Part shown: in pieces, positions 38,501 through 51,795 of the stretch
Numbering within the stretch: position 1 is the first letter of the stretch
How the letters are laid out: each line of letters starts with the position of its first letter
DNA from: Phoronis australis
Lineage: Eukaryota > Animalia > Phoronida
DNA length: 64,000 nucleotides
Assembly (NCBI GenBank): GCA_002633005.1
Contig: NMRA01000177.1
Location: 698,059-762,058 of the forward strand
Direction of reading: 5' to 3'
The notes under the pieces: model-generated
Databases searched by the model: none
What the model was told of the DNA's origin: nothing
What the model saw: the letters and a program-made list of their open reading frames with translations, nothing else
Position numbers and translations under genes: made by a program

Positions 38501-41500
38501 TACTGCTGTGCCTTCTAGTGGCAATTTTAGTTTTTAGGTTTGCCTTTGCATCTTCAAAGATTTTTGACAGTTTTTAGTGCGCCACTTAGTGGCCATTTTG
38601 ACACTAAGTAACACCCCTAGAAGCACACTCTTTGCATTGCAGCCGTGGGCGCATTTCAACACTCTTGTTTGTTGTAAAGGTAAATGCCGTCCATCCTTCA
38701 CTGGTATCATTTTACATAAAAACTCGTGTTCTTCCGTAGACATGAAGGTCGTACCTGGTTCACAACCCACAGAGGCAGATTGTGGATTGCTGCCACGGCC
38801 AAGAAGCCGTCACCGGAGGAAATAGTGGCGTTGGAACGACAATATCTGCTCATGTATCCAGGTAAGATTGTAGTGATGTTGCTGAGCGGTGCTTCATAAG
38901 TCTGGGGACCTCGGCAAGAAACAAGAGGTGCCCAGTGGCTGGGTTGCAAGTTGGCAAACTACAGAGCTTAAATTGAACGCTGGCTAAGGCTTGGCATTAT
39001 TTTGCCAGTAGTCATTGCCTGCCAACAAGATACACGCCTTTGTCTTTCACCTCGATTTTTGTTTTTTTTGCAATTTTTGTGATTTCTGCATTGGGGCATT
39101 ACGATTTGTGTACCAGCACCAGCCCAAACTTCTTGCTGTGACTGGTGAACATAGGGTCTAGAGCAGTATGGAGATCCACCCTGTTGATGGGCACCCATGT
39201 GCGAGTGCTTTTGTGTTCATATTTTATGTAAATGTGATAGAAGGGTTTGGAAAATGTTAGATTAATGCAAAATATTATGATTTAATGAACATTGCAAACT
39301 TACATTTATCTCAGCATGCAAAATTTAGGTTAGTACAATAAGTACTTCTGAATGAAACGTAATCAATTCTAGGGACAAAAAAATGCGTTTTCAGGATTAT
39401 TGTTGGGTAGGGTAGACTTTTTGAAGCTAAGAACTTTGACCAGAGGTATAGAAGAGCAAAATCGGTTGCGTTTTAATGATTTTTTAAAAGTTGACCTTTC
39501 CATTCAGTCATTCAGTAAAGTTAACTGAATATGCTTAAAATAAATACCGGACTCATTGGCCTCACCAGATTTTAGCTCTAATGCAAAAGGGAAAACTTTG
39601 GACTGCAAGAGATGAGGTTGTGGGTTTGAATGCGTGTTAGGACTGATGTGAAGTACGCAGTGTTGTAATAATTTCAATTGAATGTGCTAATACTNTCTTG
39701 CTGTGACTGGTGAACATAGGGTCTAGAGCAGTATGGAGATCCACCCTGTTGATGGGCACCCATGTGTGAGTGCTTTTGTGTTCATATTTTATGTAAATGT
39801 GATAGAAGGGTTTGGAAAATGTTAGATTAATGCAAAATATTTTGATTTAATGAACATTGCAAACTTACATTTATCTCAGCATGCAAAATTTAGGTTAGTA
39901 CAATAAGTAATTCTGAATGAAACGTAATCAATTCTAGGGACAAAAAAATGCGTTTTCAGGATTATTGTTGGGTAGGGTAGACTTTTTGAAGCTAAGAACT
40001 TTGACCAGAGGTATAGAAGAGCAAAATCGGTTGCGTTTTAATGATTTTTTAAAAGTTGACCTTTCCATTCAGTCATTCAGTAAAGTTAACTGAATATGCT
40101 TAAAATAAATACCGGACTCATTGGCCTCACCAGATTTTAGCTCTAATGCAAAAGGGAAAACTTTGGACTGCAAGAGATGAGGTTGTGGGTTTGAATGCGT
40201 GTTAGGACTGATGTGAAGTACGCAGTGTTGTAATAATTTCAATTGAATGTGCTAATACTCATTTCAGACAAAGAGCTAGATTTCCCCACAGAGTATCCGA
40301 TCGGCTGCCTATTGGGTTGTGTGGACGTAAAAGACTGTTTACCACAAGAGGAATATGAGAAACAGGTAAAATCTCGTTGTTGAAACTGTAAATATACACG
40401 GTTAATATTGAGGTGTTGTGGGTGATATATCACTGGCGTCGCTGGTCTCGTTATGTGTAACGTATTTAGGTAGCCCCTTGACTAAATTTTAGAAAGTCTG
40501 AGAGTTTGGTGACTGATATGAAATATCCAAATCACCTTATTCATCATATGGAACTCCCAATGCCAATTAGATCAGTTTCTGTTTTGTAAAAAATCTTCAA
40601 GCAATCCAACTGTCAACACTCAAAGATTTCTCAATGGTAGAGGAATAGCAGTAACTTGAAATGCTTAAATGAAGTTGTGTATTAAATGCTTTGTCCATTG
40701 GTCCTGGACTGAGCAATAGACCAGTGTCAATGACGTTATGGTTTTGTTCACTTTGACAGGACAGACCAGATGTCCTGTTTGTATTTTGCATCTTATTTGA
40801 TTGTACATTGATTTGTTACTCACACTTAATGACCATCTCAGTAGGCAATAAATAAGGAAAGTGTCTACCAATTTGAGACGTATTGTACTTACTGGTATTT
40901 GGTCTTTTTCATGATTGTTATTATTCTTAATATAATTCTTATAATACAATTATTGTGATTATGATTATGAATATATTATTCCTTATTGCAGTACCCTCGG
41001 GGTGAGTCGGGGTCACCATACGTGTTCATCTGTGAGAACCCACTGGAACTTGTGGTCAAGTTCCCCATGAAAGGCAAACATAAAATATGTAAGTTTCTTT
41101 CCGTCCCATCCTTCCCAGGATTTTCGTTGTTGATCATAACACTAAGACATTGATTTACACCTACCACACTTACAGCCTTCTGAAATAGGGTCATTAAATG
41201 CTCAGTTGACCTGTCATGTTTATTGTCACTGTCAAGATCTCGCCTGCACTGTCTTTGTCAGAAGCACAGATTTTGTAAAGAAGTTGACCTCAACGATTTT
41301 CTTTCCATTGTTCTAGAGGGTACAGTTCATTTGATGCAAACTGGTCAGTCAAAAGAATGTCCTAGGCCTGCTATCTACACCACGATACTCTTTCCTTCAC
41401 ATTAAACTAGTATTTAGAATGCAGGTTGAGTTTCGTCAATCAAAAGTTGTCACTGAAGTATAAACAATTCGTAATTTTCAGCCCTGTTTGTGTTCGCCTT

Positions 41501-42336
41501 ATTTTACTAAGTAATCTGTTTAAATTATTTTTGAAAAGTGGAGTTGGTTTCACCGGAGACCTCGTCACGCTCTACTGTGGCCATTTTAGGTAGTGACTCA
41601 CTACAAATATTTAAAATAAGAAATTCAAGTAAAAAAATCTTTAGTTAAGTTGAGTTAAGTTTGAAGATATTAATTAGTTGTGCTGAATTAGCATTATTCT
41701 GGGCTTAAGTTTCGACTAAATTAAGTTGTGTTAAAATTTGTTTAATCAAATTTTCAACTAAAAATGTATAGAGTATCTGTAAAAATCTGGGAAAAAGTTT
41801 GTAAAATGCAAATTGATGAAGCAGCAGAAAATGAGGTGCTTTCTTGGACCAGACTGTTAACTTCATGTGTGTACAGACATTGAGCGATTGAAGATTCCCA
41901 TGTGGTCACCTAAAATTACATTTCATCTGCCTTTTCATTTTTCTTTTGTTTCTATCTGTGTCTCAATATTCACCGAAACGCTTAACATAATCTGTGAACA
42001 AGCAATGTTAGCATACAGTTTGATTTTAAAATTTTTTTCCATTAGAAATTGATGTCATGGTTTAGTCTGATGTTTTACATTAATTTAATTTACTTACTGG
42101 ATCATAGTTTTCAGAACTATACATTGTACTACACTCTGTAGTCTATGAATGCTTTATGACCTGTTTCTGTTGTAAAAAAAAGCTGTGTTTCTTAACTGAC
42201 AAAAGGTCAATTACCATTCATGTACATAGATTACATAGATTTTATGCTGTTTTCTAATTGCTTGTTTGCAGATAAACTAGATTCATCAATGCATCAGGGT
42301 GCTAAAAAGGGACTTCGGTTTGCTTTGAAGAGTTAG
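26574..42336 (+). CDS. TRIP4: Activating signal cointegrator 1 (ASC-1), 12 coding exons, ~524 aa
   Basis: GT-AG exons 26574-26653, 27664-27817, 31512-31595, 32109-32232, 32999-33117, 35013-35155, 36039-36348, 37635-37813, 38740-38861, 40268-40365, 40992-41088 and 42272-42336 join in phase (1575 nt). It has the N-terminus MSAPVVKWI..YILAIED..DYLLELL; the C2HC5 zinc finger GRHVCECQCRKHKLISNCLKCGRVVCEQEGSGPCLFCG; RLLEYDRTSVRRTQVIDDEADYF; and the ASCH domain CLSMHQPWASLLVRGIKLHEGRTW..HRGRLWI..YPIGCLLGCV..GKHKIYKL. Confidence 0.96.
28366..28494. repeat. Near-perfect hairpin (~50-bp arms, 27-nt loop), TA-flanked MITE-like, in TRIP4 intron 2
   Basis: agtgagagggagagagaccagaaatcaaaacagttggagctcaaatgaacca pairs with tggttcatttgagctccaactgttttgatgtctggtctctccctttcact. 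Confidence 0.75.
28997..29184. repeat. 23-bp minisatellite, 8 copies
   Basis: Unit tctgttgccataccgactacagt repeated head to tail, with no spacers. Confidence 0.95.
30473..31340 (+). mobile_element. Helentron/DINE-1-like repeat in TRIP4 intron 2 (inverted partial copy at ~29990-30400)
   Basis: Starts ttttatgcgcccac...gtggacgcattatg...tccgtcc and ends ...gcatttcaacgctccgcgttgctcttgtt; shares modules with 13503-14560 and 38320-38670. Confidence 0.6.
38320..38670 (+). mobile_element. 3' part of the same Helentron-like repeat, in TRIP4 intron 8
   Basis: gcgccacttagtggccatttt...gcattgcagccgtgggcgcatttcaacactcttgtt matches the 3' end of 30473-31340. Confidence 0.55.
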
Positions 42337-45295
42337 TAAGTCATTGTGAACAGAGCATGTCGACCTCAGTGTGTCAACGTGAGATGAATTAATTAACATC
42401 GGACAGGTACTGTTGCATTACCGTTGCTCAAGAACAGGGTTGCGTTCGCCGTCACAAGACAATCGCGAGACACTGCCGTTGAGAAATTGTTGCTTGTGAA
42501 ACAGGAACGGTTGTTTTTCTCTCAAAATTTCGCATTCCAGTCTCACCTACCTATTATTTTGGTGACGGCCATTTTGGTAGTCTACTTCTAGTAATGTTGA
42601 AACAGTTGCATTTCACTCTTGTGGTTTCACCAAACTCTCACGAAACTTACTCTACTGAACACACCCCATCGTTATGGTGGTGGTCACTTGAGCAATAACA
42701 CCAATGTGTCGCTATGAGAGGAAACCATCACATATTTTTTTCATTAGCTTACCAAACTTATGTGCCGATAAGCTGTTCGTGTTTCTTTGTTCGTTGTTTG
42801 TGTACAGAAACAGATGAACAGTACGGACATATTCGTCTTATGGGAAGTTGGATATAAGTTTGCCAAAGCACCCCTTATGTTTGTATTTCCAAACTTTTCG
42901 TATTCTTGTTTGAATTTTATTTGTGAATGTTATGGAGCTCTTACTATTCAGGTTTGCACTCTTGTAGGGTGTTATGGACATAACGGCCTATAAAAGAAGA
43001 ATACTTGCTGGTAAAGCTCTCACATGTGAATGCTCAAATTTGTTGTTCAATGACTCTTAACCTTTTCCTTAGATGACATTGAAAGGTCAAACTCAAGTCG
43101 GTTACAGCTGTCATTGGGCTTGTTATAGAAAGATCAAAAAGCCGATTGGTTTTCAGTGGATTTAAGTATTGTGTTATTAGTATCACAAAAAAAAACACAA
43201 ATACCCCATTTGAAAATCTAAAAAACCTTGAAAATATAAATCATGAAGTAAATTTTTCTAGCTGGTAGTGAAGCACTATCCTAACATATACTCCTGCCTA
43301 AGTAAACTTAAAGGATGATCAGTGGTTTTATAGGCTGTAAATCAGAACTGTGTCCTGTAAGTCATTCAAAACAATTGGAAAAAAAGTTAGTCATGAGCTT
43401 GTAAATTTCTGGCAAACTTAGGAGAGACCCCCGTGAGATGAATGTCATAGTGTTGTGCATTGATTTCCTTTTCAAAGAAACATGGTCAACTTAAAAAAAT
43501 TATGCGCCTACATGTACACATGTGAGTGGATATTGCTGCCATCTCCGTTTTGTGTCTGGCGATCTGAGCTGGATGCTCATTGTCTGTGGCTGTGGGTTTC
43601 TCCTTAATTCTTTTATGGAGTGTCATGAGAGTTGCAGGTGTGTTCCTATGAATATCTTGAAACTATGCTTGGAACATAAAATTAAATTGATCAGTGTAAG
43701 TGTAGCAGTTGCCAATGTGAGCTTTGTATTAATCACAGTTTCATTGCAAGACATAATACAGAGAAGTATGAGCAAATCAACAAACTTAAAATATCNTCTT
43801 ACTATTCAGGTTTGCACTCTGCTAGGGTGTTATGGACATAACAGCCTATAAAAGAAGAATATTTGCTGGTAAAGCTCTCACATATGAATGCTCAAATTTG
43901 TTGTTCAATTACTCTTAACCTTCTCCTTAGATGACATTGAAAGGTCAAACTCAAGTCGGTTACAACTGTTATTGGGCTTGTTATAGAAAGATCAAAAAGC
44001 CGATTGGTTTTCAGTGGAGTTCAGTTTTGTGTTATTAGTATCACAAAAGAAAAAACAAACACAAATACCCCATTTGAAAATCTAAAAAACCTTGAAAATA
44101 TAAATCACGGAGTAAATTTTTCTAGCTGGTATTGAAGCACTTTCCTAACATATACTCCTGCCTAAGTAAACTTAAAGGATGATCAGTGGTTTTATAGGCT
44201 GTAAATCAGAACTGTGTCCAGTAAGTCGTTCAAAACAATTGGAAAAAAAGTTAGTCATGAGCTTGCAAATTTCTGGAAAACTTAGGAGAGACCCCCGTGA
44301 GATGAATGTCATAGTGTTGTGCATTGATTTCCTTTTCAAAGAAACATGGTCAACTTAAAAAAATTATGCGCCTACATGTACACATGTGAGTGGATATTGC
44401 TGCCATCTCCGTTTTTTGTCTGGCGATCTGAGCTGGATGCTCATTGTCTGTGGCTGTGGGTTTCTCCTTAATTCTTTTATGGAGTGTCATGAGAGTTGCA
44501 GGTGTGTTCCTATGAATATCTTGAAACTATGCTTGGAACATAAAATTAAATTGATCAGTGTAAGGGTAGCAGTTGCCAATGTGAGCTTTGTATTAATTAC
44601 AGTTTCATTGCAAGACATAATACAGAGAAGTATGAGCAAATCAACAAACTTAAAATATCATGATTACAAGAATTATACCTATGCCAAAAATTTGGTAAAA
44701 TACAAATAAAGTCTTTTCAAGGATACTTAAACATGGTTCCAAGGCGCACTGTGGGAAGCACTGGACACGGGATGTAAATCAATAAGCAAAAATACAATCG
44801 TGCCCAAATGAAGATTGAAGTAGTAAGTATGAATACTTCTATCGAAAATTGAGTGTTAATTAACAGTTGTCACTTTAAACAATCGGTGATCAATGCAATG
44901 GGCCCACATGCGCGGCCTGCGCACGTATGGAACAAGGTGTACCAGACCGCCTGCAATTATTTTTTTAAACAATCAAAACAACTGAAACAGTATATTCTTA
45001 ATACTGTCTAAGAATTTGATACTAGTTAAGGTCTGTCAACAACTCTGGGTCAAGGTTTATAAATTTTAAGAAAGACTTATTCGAATGTAAAAATTAGACC
45101 CGTCTATAACAAATCTGTACAAAATTGAAGATAACATCTGCAAGTTTAATAAAATGCAAAATATTTTGTATTCAGGCATAAAGAATTACACCCTGCGAAG
45201 TCATGATTTAAAGTGTTATACAATTTGGCTTCAGTTATTTTCACTACAGCATCACTCTGTGTCTTCTTGGTCACTACTAACGTCTTCGGCAGAAT

Positions 45296-46730
45296 CTAAA
45301 ACCGGCATAGCATTCCCTGAAAACAGCAAAAAGCTACATGAACTGAACTGGCTGGTGGGCATGCTGCATACAGAATTCTTTTTTCTAGAGCCTTTTTGTT
45401 TCTTTTCTTTTTTGGAACAGGTTCATCATTATCATCACTAAAATAACATAGAGTCACAATAGGTATGTTACTGTCATGAAGCATATCAAAAATTTGAAAT
45501 GAATCTGATCAGCCATTTCTGAGATACAATGTTCCAAATTTAGGTTATTTACTAAAACTTGTCATACACTTCTTACTGTAAAACCTACCTTTGTAAGTCA
45601 TCAAAACGAGTGGGACTTTTCCACCTACAAATTAACACATAATACCATTAACTAAAAACCCAGGTAACGAATATATCAAAATGTTTGTGAACTCAGTTTA
45701 ATGTAATGAAAACACCCAAGTGACTACACACACGTAAGTACATACAACCATATGATGTTTGGGTTAAATACACGAGTCTGAGAGTATACATACGTGAATG
45801 CACACGATCACATGACTTCCCTTATGAATATACACAGGTCTGAGAGTATACACACGTGAATGCACGCAATCACATGACTTCCCTTATGAATATACACAGG
45901 TCTGCGAGTATACACACGTGAATGCACACGATCACATGACTTCCCTTATGAATATACACAGCCAACTGGCTTCCTATATGAATCCATAGGCTACCCTAAA
46001 GAAATTGTCAATCAAGGAAATGTACATATCTATGTTAAAATGTGTATCCTAACTGCCACCATTTGTAGTAGCACTTCGAACATCAAGGACATTGATAAAA
46101 TTGAGTTGATAAAATGGATTTATGCATATTGTCATTAAAAACACTATCTCCCTTATGAAACTCCAACCATGTTTTTCGTTTCAGAATGTTGCAGGAGTTT
46201 CTAAGAAATCACTCACGATAGAAGTGAATATTAAAAATTGCTCAACATAGAAAACTTAACCTCCTCTTTCCATCGTCATCAGTTGTGGCCACATCCGACT
46301 GCTCTTCGGCTTGACGCCATTTCCTTTCGCCTCGTAATTTTCTACATAAAGAACAGTAATTACTAAAAATGACACCACTTCTAAAAATTGAGAATTATTT
46401 TTAAAAAGTACAACTGATGAAGTTAGGCACTATAAAATGAATTGGTCAAGTTTCTCACAGCTATTAACAGAAGTTTAAACAATTTCCAACTGAGATTTAA
46501 GCATGGACTTAATATTTTATAATTGCACTTACCGGTAGCACATGTAATTTCTGTAGGGTTTAAGGCCCAGTCCACCTCAGGCTGCCTCTTCTGTTCCACC
46601 CACTGCCTTTAAAAGTTCCATTCCTTTCAGAAAGCTGGAAGGTGGCCAACTGCAACTATCCCCTTTCACCCAACATATGGACACTATTTCTACACTGCCC
46701 TCATCAGTGAAATACACAACGGCATACTTT
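45296..46730 (-). pseudogene. Spliced transposon accessory-gene remnant (DUF4806-type / EnSpm-associated N-terminus), frameshifted
   Basis: Exon 46730-46533 reads KYAVVYFTDEGSVEIVSICWVKGDSCSWPP..LLKAV[fs]EQKRQPEVDW. Exon 46341-46261 reads NYEA[fs]RKWRQAEEQSDVATTDDDGKRR. An exon near 45440 reads DDNDEPVPKKKR. The YAVVxF...V..W....WPP pattern is typical of this family. Confidence 0.6.
45776..45961. repeat. 62-bp tandem repeat, 3 copies
   Basis: Unit gtctgagagtatacacacgtgaatgcacacgatcacatgacttcccttatgaatatacacag at 45776, 45838 and 45900. Confidence 0.92.
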
Positions 46731-48343
46731 CTGAATGCCAACAACTATTAATCAGTAACACATTGAAATAGTTAAACTATGACATTGATGATACTGCTTC
46801 AGACCAAAAAGTCAAGAACAGTTTATAGGCAGAAAGCGGTTGATGAAAAAGCTTGCACCCGATGTACTGTAGGAACAAGATTAGATGATCTGTCAATACA
46901 ATACGAAGGATATTCTACATAGCGACTGTTTATTGAACCATGTTTACAGAAATTTTTAAGTACACATGAATAAATGAATGATAATGCATATCTAAAATCA
47001 ACCACGGTAGTTTATGCCATACGTCTTGTTTTATTCAGTTCAGAAACAGTTACATAAATCTGCTTCTAAAGCTTTCTTTTCTCACTACACAGCACTAATT
47101 TACATAATCCATAATATAAACTCAAAATGATTTTTTACAAAATCAGAAAAATCAAGAAGACGGAATCTGTAAAACGAAAAATTCGCCTTAAAGTTGCAAA
47201 ATAGCAGTCTGTCAAGACCAGAAGTGGTGCCATAACTCCCAGTTTGATTGCATAGGAGGCAAATATACGGACAAGTCTTTCCTTGGCAACAAAACTACTT
47301 TAGCTGAAACTAGAGACAGCAAAATTTTCACCAATACCATGGCTAAGATTGCTAACAAGCCAAATGTTGAGTTTTCTTTAGTCGACAGGAAATTTAAAAG
47401 TCATCTTTGTCTCAAAACACTTGACAAATTATAATCAGTATCTGGATAGCCAGATGTATGTTTTCGGCTCCATGATCAACCCACTCGTACAGTTTTCCAA
47501 CACCAAAAAAGACTGGAAGCTTTGCCAACGACTTCATCTCATGCCCTGTGTGCTCACACTGCTGCACTTTTTGCCACTAGTGAGGTCCCAGCATCAGGGT
47601 CTTTATTGGCAGCCGTCTTTGGATCCTGTTCATATGTGTAACAACTGAAAGACAAAAAATAACATGTACCTTACGGAAGATTTTACATGTCGATATCTTA
47701 TAAAATAATCAATAGTTTATGATTTTCATTAGACCAGGGTCCACTGAAATCTTTGTACTCGAAATTGAAATTATTTTTGACATTCCGTTTTATTTTTGAA
47801 TGAACTCAATATAATGTATCTTATTATTCTGCGAAGCTGTCGGTAGCACTGTCGCCGACGCAAAACTTTCCATTGGCACTCAAAATAAAATATCCAATTC
47901 TAGACGAATGAGGCAAGATACAACACCAATATGGTAGATTCTGTCCCCCACGCGTGACGTCATAGGTGTTTACGACTTACAACCGCCAAAAACACACTCG
48001 TGGACTATTAGACATGAGCAGTGGATCGTGGTAATGTTGGAAACACTGAGTGAGCACAGCTAAAACGAAATAAGCATAAGAGCCCCTACATAATCTTTTG
48101 TTCTATTCATGTTTAACCAATGAGCCAAGATTAAGACTTAGTTTCTTCATGTCATTAATCTTGCTTGCACGTTCTGTTATCTTCAATCAGAAACGGCATT
48201 GACGGAGGCTCAGCAAATATACGATTTTACCGTTGACATAACCAACCGCTGTGTTTATCTCGGGAGAAAATGCCTACTGGGGGAAAACCAGTGCACGAAA
48301 GTGGGACACATTAATTTATGTATTTAAGCCCTCGAAACTCTAA

Positions 48344-49273
48344 CAGCCGATTTCATAAAGGTGGTTTAACAAAACCAGCTTTAAGACTTAAACGTGGTCT
48401 TCCTTAACTTGGTCTAATTTTAGACCTGGCTTGCATTTCACCAACATGGTTTAATAGTGAAAGCCTGGTTTTGCTAGACCAGAGAGTCGGTTCAGTAAAA
48501 CCAGGATTAAAGTATCAAAGGCAACCCACTGTGTCGTGCTGGGTAAACCCAACAAAGAAAATTGAAGTGCTTCAATGGAACTGTGATCACGTGGGTTTCA
48601 GTGACAGCTAGCACACAGTTGTTGGTAAAATCGGTGCAGTAGTATTTTCCTGATGGCTCTGGCATCAATAAAATGAGTAGAAAAAGGTCGGAAAACTTTT
48701 CTCCTGAGGAAAAAGTTTCCTCACAGAACTCATTGCAGAAAAATTTGGTGTCATAGAGAACAACAAAGTGACGCCAAAACAAGTGCTTATCTGTCGCAGA
48801 CAGATAAGCACTTGTAGCTCTGGCGTAATACGTACTCTGGTTTCTCAGAGTTAGAGGTGCTAGTCGGTTTGTGATCAGTCTTATGACGTCTCTCATTGTT
48901 TTGCCATTCGAAACCGGTTTTTGAAGTCTGTCTCGCTCTAAAATTGCGTCGGTGACGCACGCCGCGACGTCTTTCACCTGCTCGATAGAGCACATGTATA
49001 TCTCTCAAGTCTGAGTCAGCCATCTTTAAAAGTGTTAAACCTAGCTCTGACCAGGTCTAAAGTTAAACCTGGTGTAAGGTCTTAATACATGTCTAAGAAA
49101 CTGGTGAAATGAAAAGTGTCTTAGACCAGGTTTCAGCAGGAGTTAAATCAGGTTTTACTAGACCAATGGTCTAAAAGTTAAACCACCTTTATGAAATGCG
49201 GGTTATCTTTAAACCTGGTCTAAGTCCACTTTAAGCCAGGTTTAACTTTAAACCACCTTTATGAAATCGGCTG
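48344..49273. mobile_element. Internally deleted PIF/Harbinger DNA transposon
   Basis: TAA|CAGCCGATTTCATAAAGGTGGTTTAA ... TTAAACCACCTTTATGAAATCGGCTG|TAA: perfect 26-bp TIR and TAA TSD. Myb/SANT-like start MSRKRSENFSPEEKV[fs]LTELIAEKFGVIENNK on + at 48673, converging with an Arg-rich ORF start on - (49023). Confidence 0.88.
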
Positions 49274-49459
49274 TAATAGTCCCTATTACGACTGGTTCAT
49301 TATTGTGAACACGTCTCAGTGAGTAGGCCTTTAACCCATGCCCGGGTGTCTTATGTACTTACCGATAATATGGTGTTGTAAAGAAAAACTAAAGTGGTAA
49401 TTATCCAATTACTAACAATCTTGTACTAGACTTTCTTAACACAATCTTTACTTCAAGCT

Positions 49460-49725
49460 ATCACTCCTTGTGTTCCTCAGGGATCACGTGATGGTTGCTC
49501 CACTTTCCTTTCTTGTCTAAGCACCAATCTTGAAATCACTGATGACGCTGCTCCACTCGTCCCAGGGCTTTCAAGTCAAACGTGTGGACTCCTATCCTTT
49601 GCAGTGTGTTTGAATGGCTTTCACCAAGTACCTTATATCGCTCAATACTCATAAACCACAAATTTGCACTGTTTGTGATTGCCAACTACGTCAGCAGCAT
49701 CTCATTAACTCTTGCGTGAAATTTG
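49460..49725 (+). mobile_element. Degenerate non-LTR retrotransposon 3' fragment (I-group-like RNase H / CCHC end)
   Basis: PQICTVCDCQLRQQHLINSCVKF fits the C-terminal CxxC-x6-H-x4-C knuckle; there is a weak RNase H-like trace upstream. Confidence 0.4.
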
Positions 49726-51249
49726 CCCATCCTATGAGCGGAAGAGGTAGACGATTTTGTACATTTAAAGAGTATGGTTATCAGAACGTATGTAATGCAA
49801 TGCAGTGAATCAGTACGGGTAGATGGCTGGTGGCGATGGCAAACCTCTCTAATATACAATGCTCGTCTCTTACTTTGTGCCTTATTCAAATAGTTTCAGT
49901 TCATATAAACAAAATAAAAATTCACTTCCCTCAATCAAACATGTGCATGCATGCTGATGTGAAAATTTTAACACACAAGCATGTTTTTAAGTATCAAGTG
50001 ATTTAAGTAAGTGAAATATGTCAGGTCAAAGCGTGATTATCTGACAACATTTTGACAACTACGTGCACTGGTTTTGGTCTGGAACTCAACTCATTTTGAA
50101 ATCCGAGCCCTACTTCGTGACTTCCGTAACCTTGATCAACTAAATCAGTTGGAAAAACAACTCCCATTTTGTTTGTAAGACCAAGACTACTCATTCATGA
50201 ATAATATCTAATAATACTTAACACTCAAATTGAGCCCCCGAATTAGGACATTTACACATCCAAAAACATACAGTCTGTGGGAAAGGTAAAAAGAAATTTT
50301 CAAGGTTGTAATTTGTACAGAAGGTTGTAAAGAGTCTGGTGGAAGTTACCATACAAGTCAATAATTATGCATAAATTATGCTAATTAGCCCATTAAAAGG
50401 AACAAGTCTGAATTTCAGTGATTTTCAATGATTATATTCAGCATAAGCACACAATTTGCTTTTAGACAGTTAAATTCCATTCTAAATAATTTGTCAATCA
50501 TTTCTCAGGTCATTACTTGAATACTTGAAAAATATGCAAATTAGTAATCCAAACTGTCCATCCAAAAATTTCACAAAAATGGCCGTTTTCCTCTAACTTG
50601 TAGATAACTGGAAAGGTTTCAAACAAACAATAAGCAGACATTTACATAACAGATAGGTAAATATGAGGTTCATTTTAGCATAATAAATTACTTTCAAGTG
50701 TTTTGACAACTTAATTTGCATATCATTAGCAATTCAAAATGGCCGCCGCATGACCCAGAGTGAAAAACATAGCACACTTTGAAACGCTGAGGACTAAAAA
50801 GTATTTATCCAATCAATTTGAAACTTAGCAAACTGATTTATACTAACGAGCTGCATGTTTTGAACTAGAGACATTCCACTGGGTGTCTTTGCTCGGGAAT
50901 TACACACGATATTTCATATTTCTGCTAAAAATATCATTCAACCCTCATTTAACCATAGCTGAAATGAAATTAGGTTGGACTTCACTTTCAAACTTAGTTC
51001 ATAACATGTAGAATAGTACTGTGAATCTACCCTGACAATTTCAAGCAATTAGCTTTCATACTTATTGAGATATGACGTTTCAAGTCTGCTTTGGTAGGCG
51101 AAAAATACAGTATGGCCAAAAATCGCTGTTAAAGTAAGAAAACGACAAACATGCGTATAAAAATGAACACAACAGCTTGTAATCAAAGAAAGACCAAAGA
51201 TTATGAGCAGCATTTGACAGTTATTAAATAAAATGTCCCAGTCTATGTC

Positions 51250-51795
51250 TCAGAATCCTCCTGGTATGTAATTATTGTCGCCACGTTGCCCACGCGCTGC
51301 ACGCCTCTGCCGAATAACGTCATTACGTCCAGCAATGTAGGCATTGTCAAGGCGGATACGGTCAATGTTTGCAAGCCCACTGAGAGTCCAGTAGCCAGGT
51401 ATCAGGCCCAATGTTTCAAAAACATTCACTCTGCCTAATTCACCTTCATTATACACAATCGCTGCATCAAATACAGCCAGTTCAAGGCGCTTTCTACCAA
51501 CGAAGGTAGTTTTGGGGCAACGCTCCCAAACCAGATTGTGGAAGCTTTCGTTGGCGTTCTGTGTGCCACCGTGAGCGCACTTGTGAAGTAACTCCATGTC
51601 AGACAAAGATACAAACACTGGCCTAATTGCTTCACAGACATAATGTGGTAAGGCATTAGCATTGGGATCACCGCGTCCAGATTTTGATGGGCACCAGTCA
51701 CCACAGGCTTGATGATCACGATTGCGATGTCTAAATATTGCCCAGATGGCATTGTACATTGCCTGTACATTTCCAGCATTTTCGCGTATGGCAGC
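51250..51795 (-). pseudogene. Duplicate 3' part of the DDE transposase (probably an alternate haplotype across a single-N join)
   Basis: ORF 51250..51759 is near-identical to the C-terminus of 52384..53070 (CGDWC..KCAHGGTQNANESFHNLVWERCPK); it stops at the N at 51796. Confidence 0.7.

Noticed and set aside
39550-39645. tRNA-like B-box (ggtttgaatgc)
   Set aside because: No cloverleaf can be folded; at most a degenerate tRNA-derived SINE head.
39131-40259. Apparent ~565-bp tandem duplication in TRIP4 intron 9
   Set aside because: The junction is a single N at 39695; assembly artefact.
19704-42336. Functional link between the deaminase and the neighbouring ASCH-domain gene TRIP4 (both act on nucleic acids or nucleosides)
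   Set aside because: Adjacency in an animal genome does not imply an operon. TRIP4 is a conserved intracellular protein while the deaminase appears secreted; conserved synteny or co-expression data would be needed.
42939-44659. Apparent ~860-bp tandem duplication (twin ORFs 43522 and 44386)
   Set aside because: The junction is a single N at 43796, and the ORFs have no recognisable motifs; probably allelic overlap.
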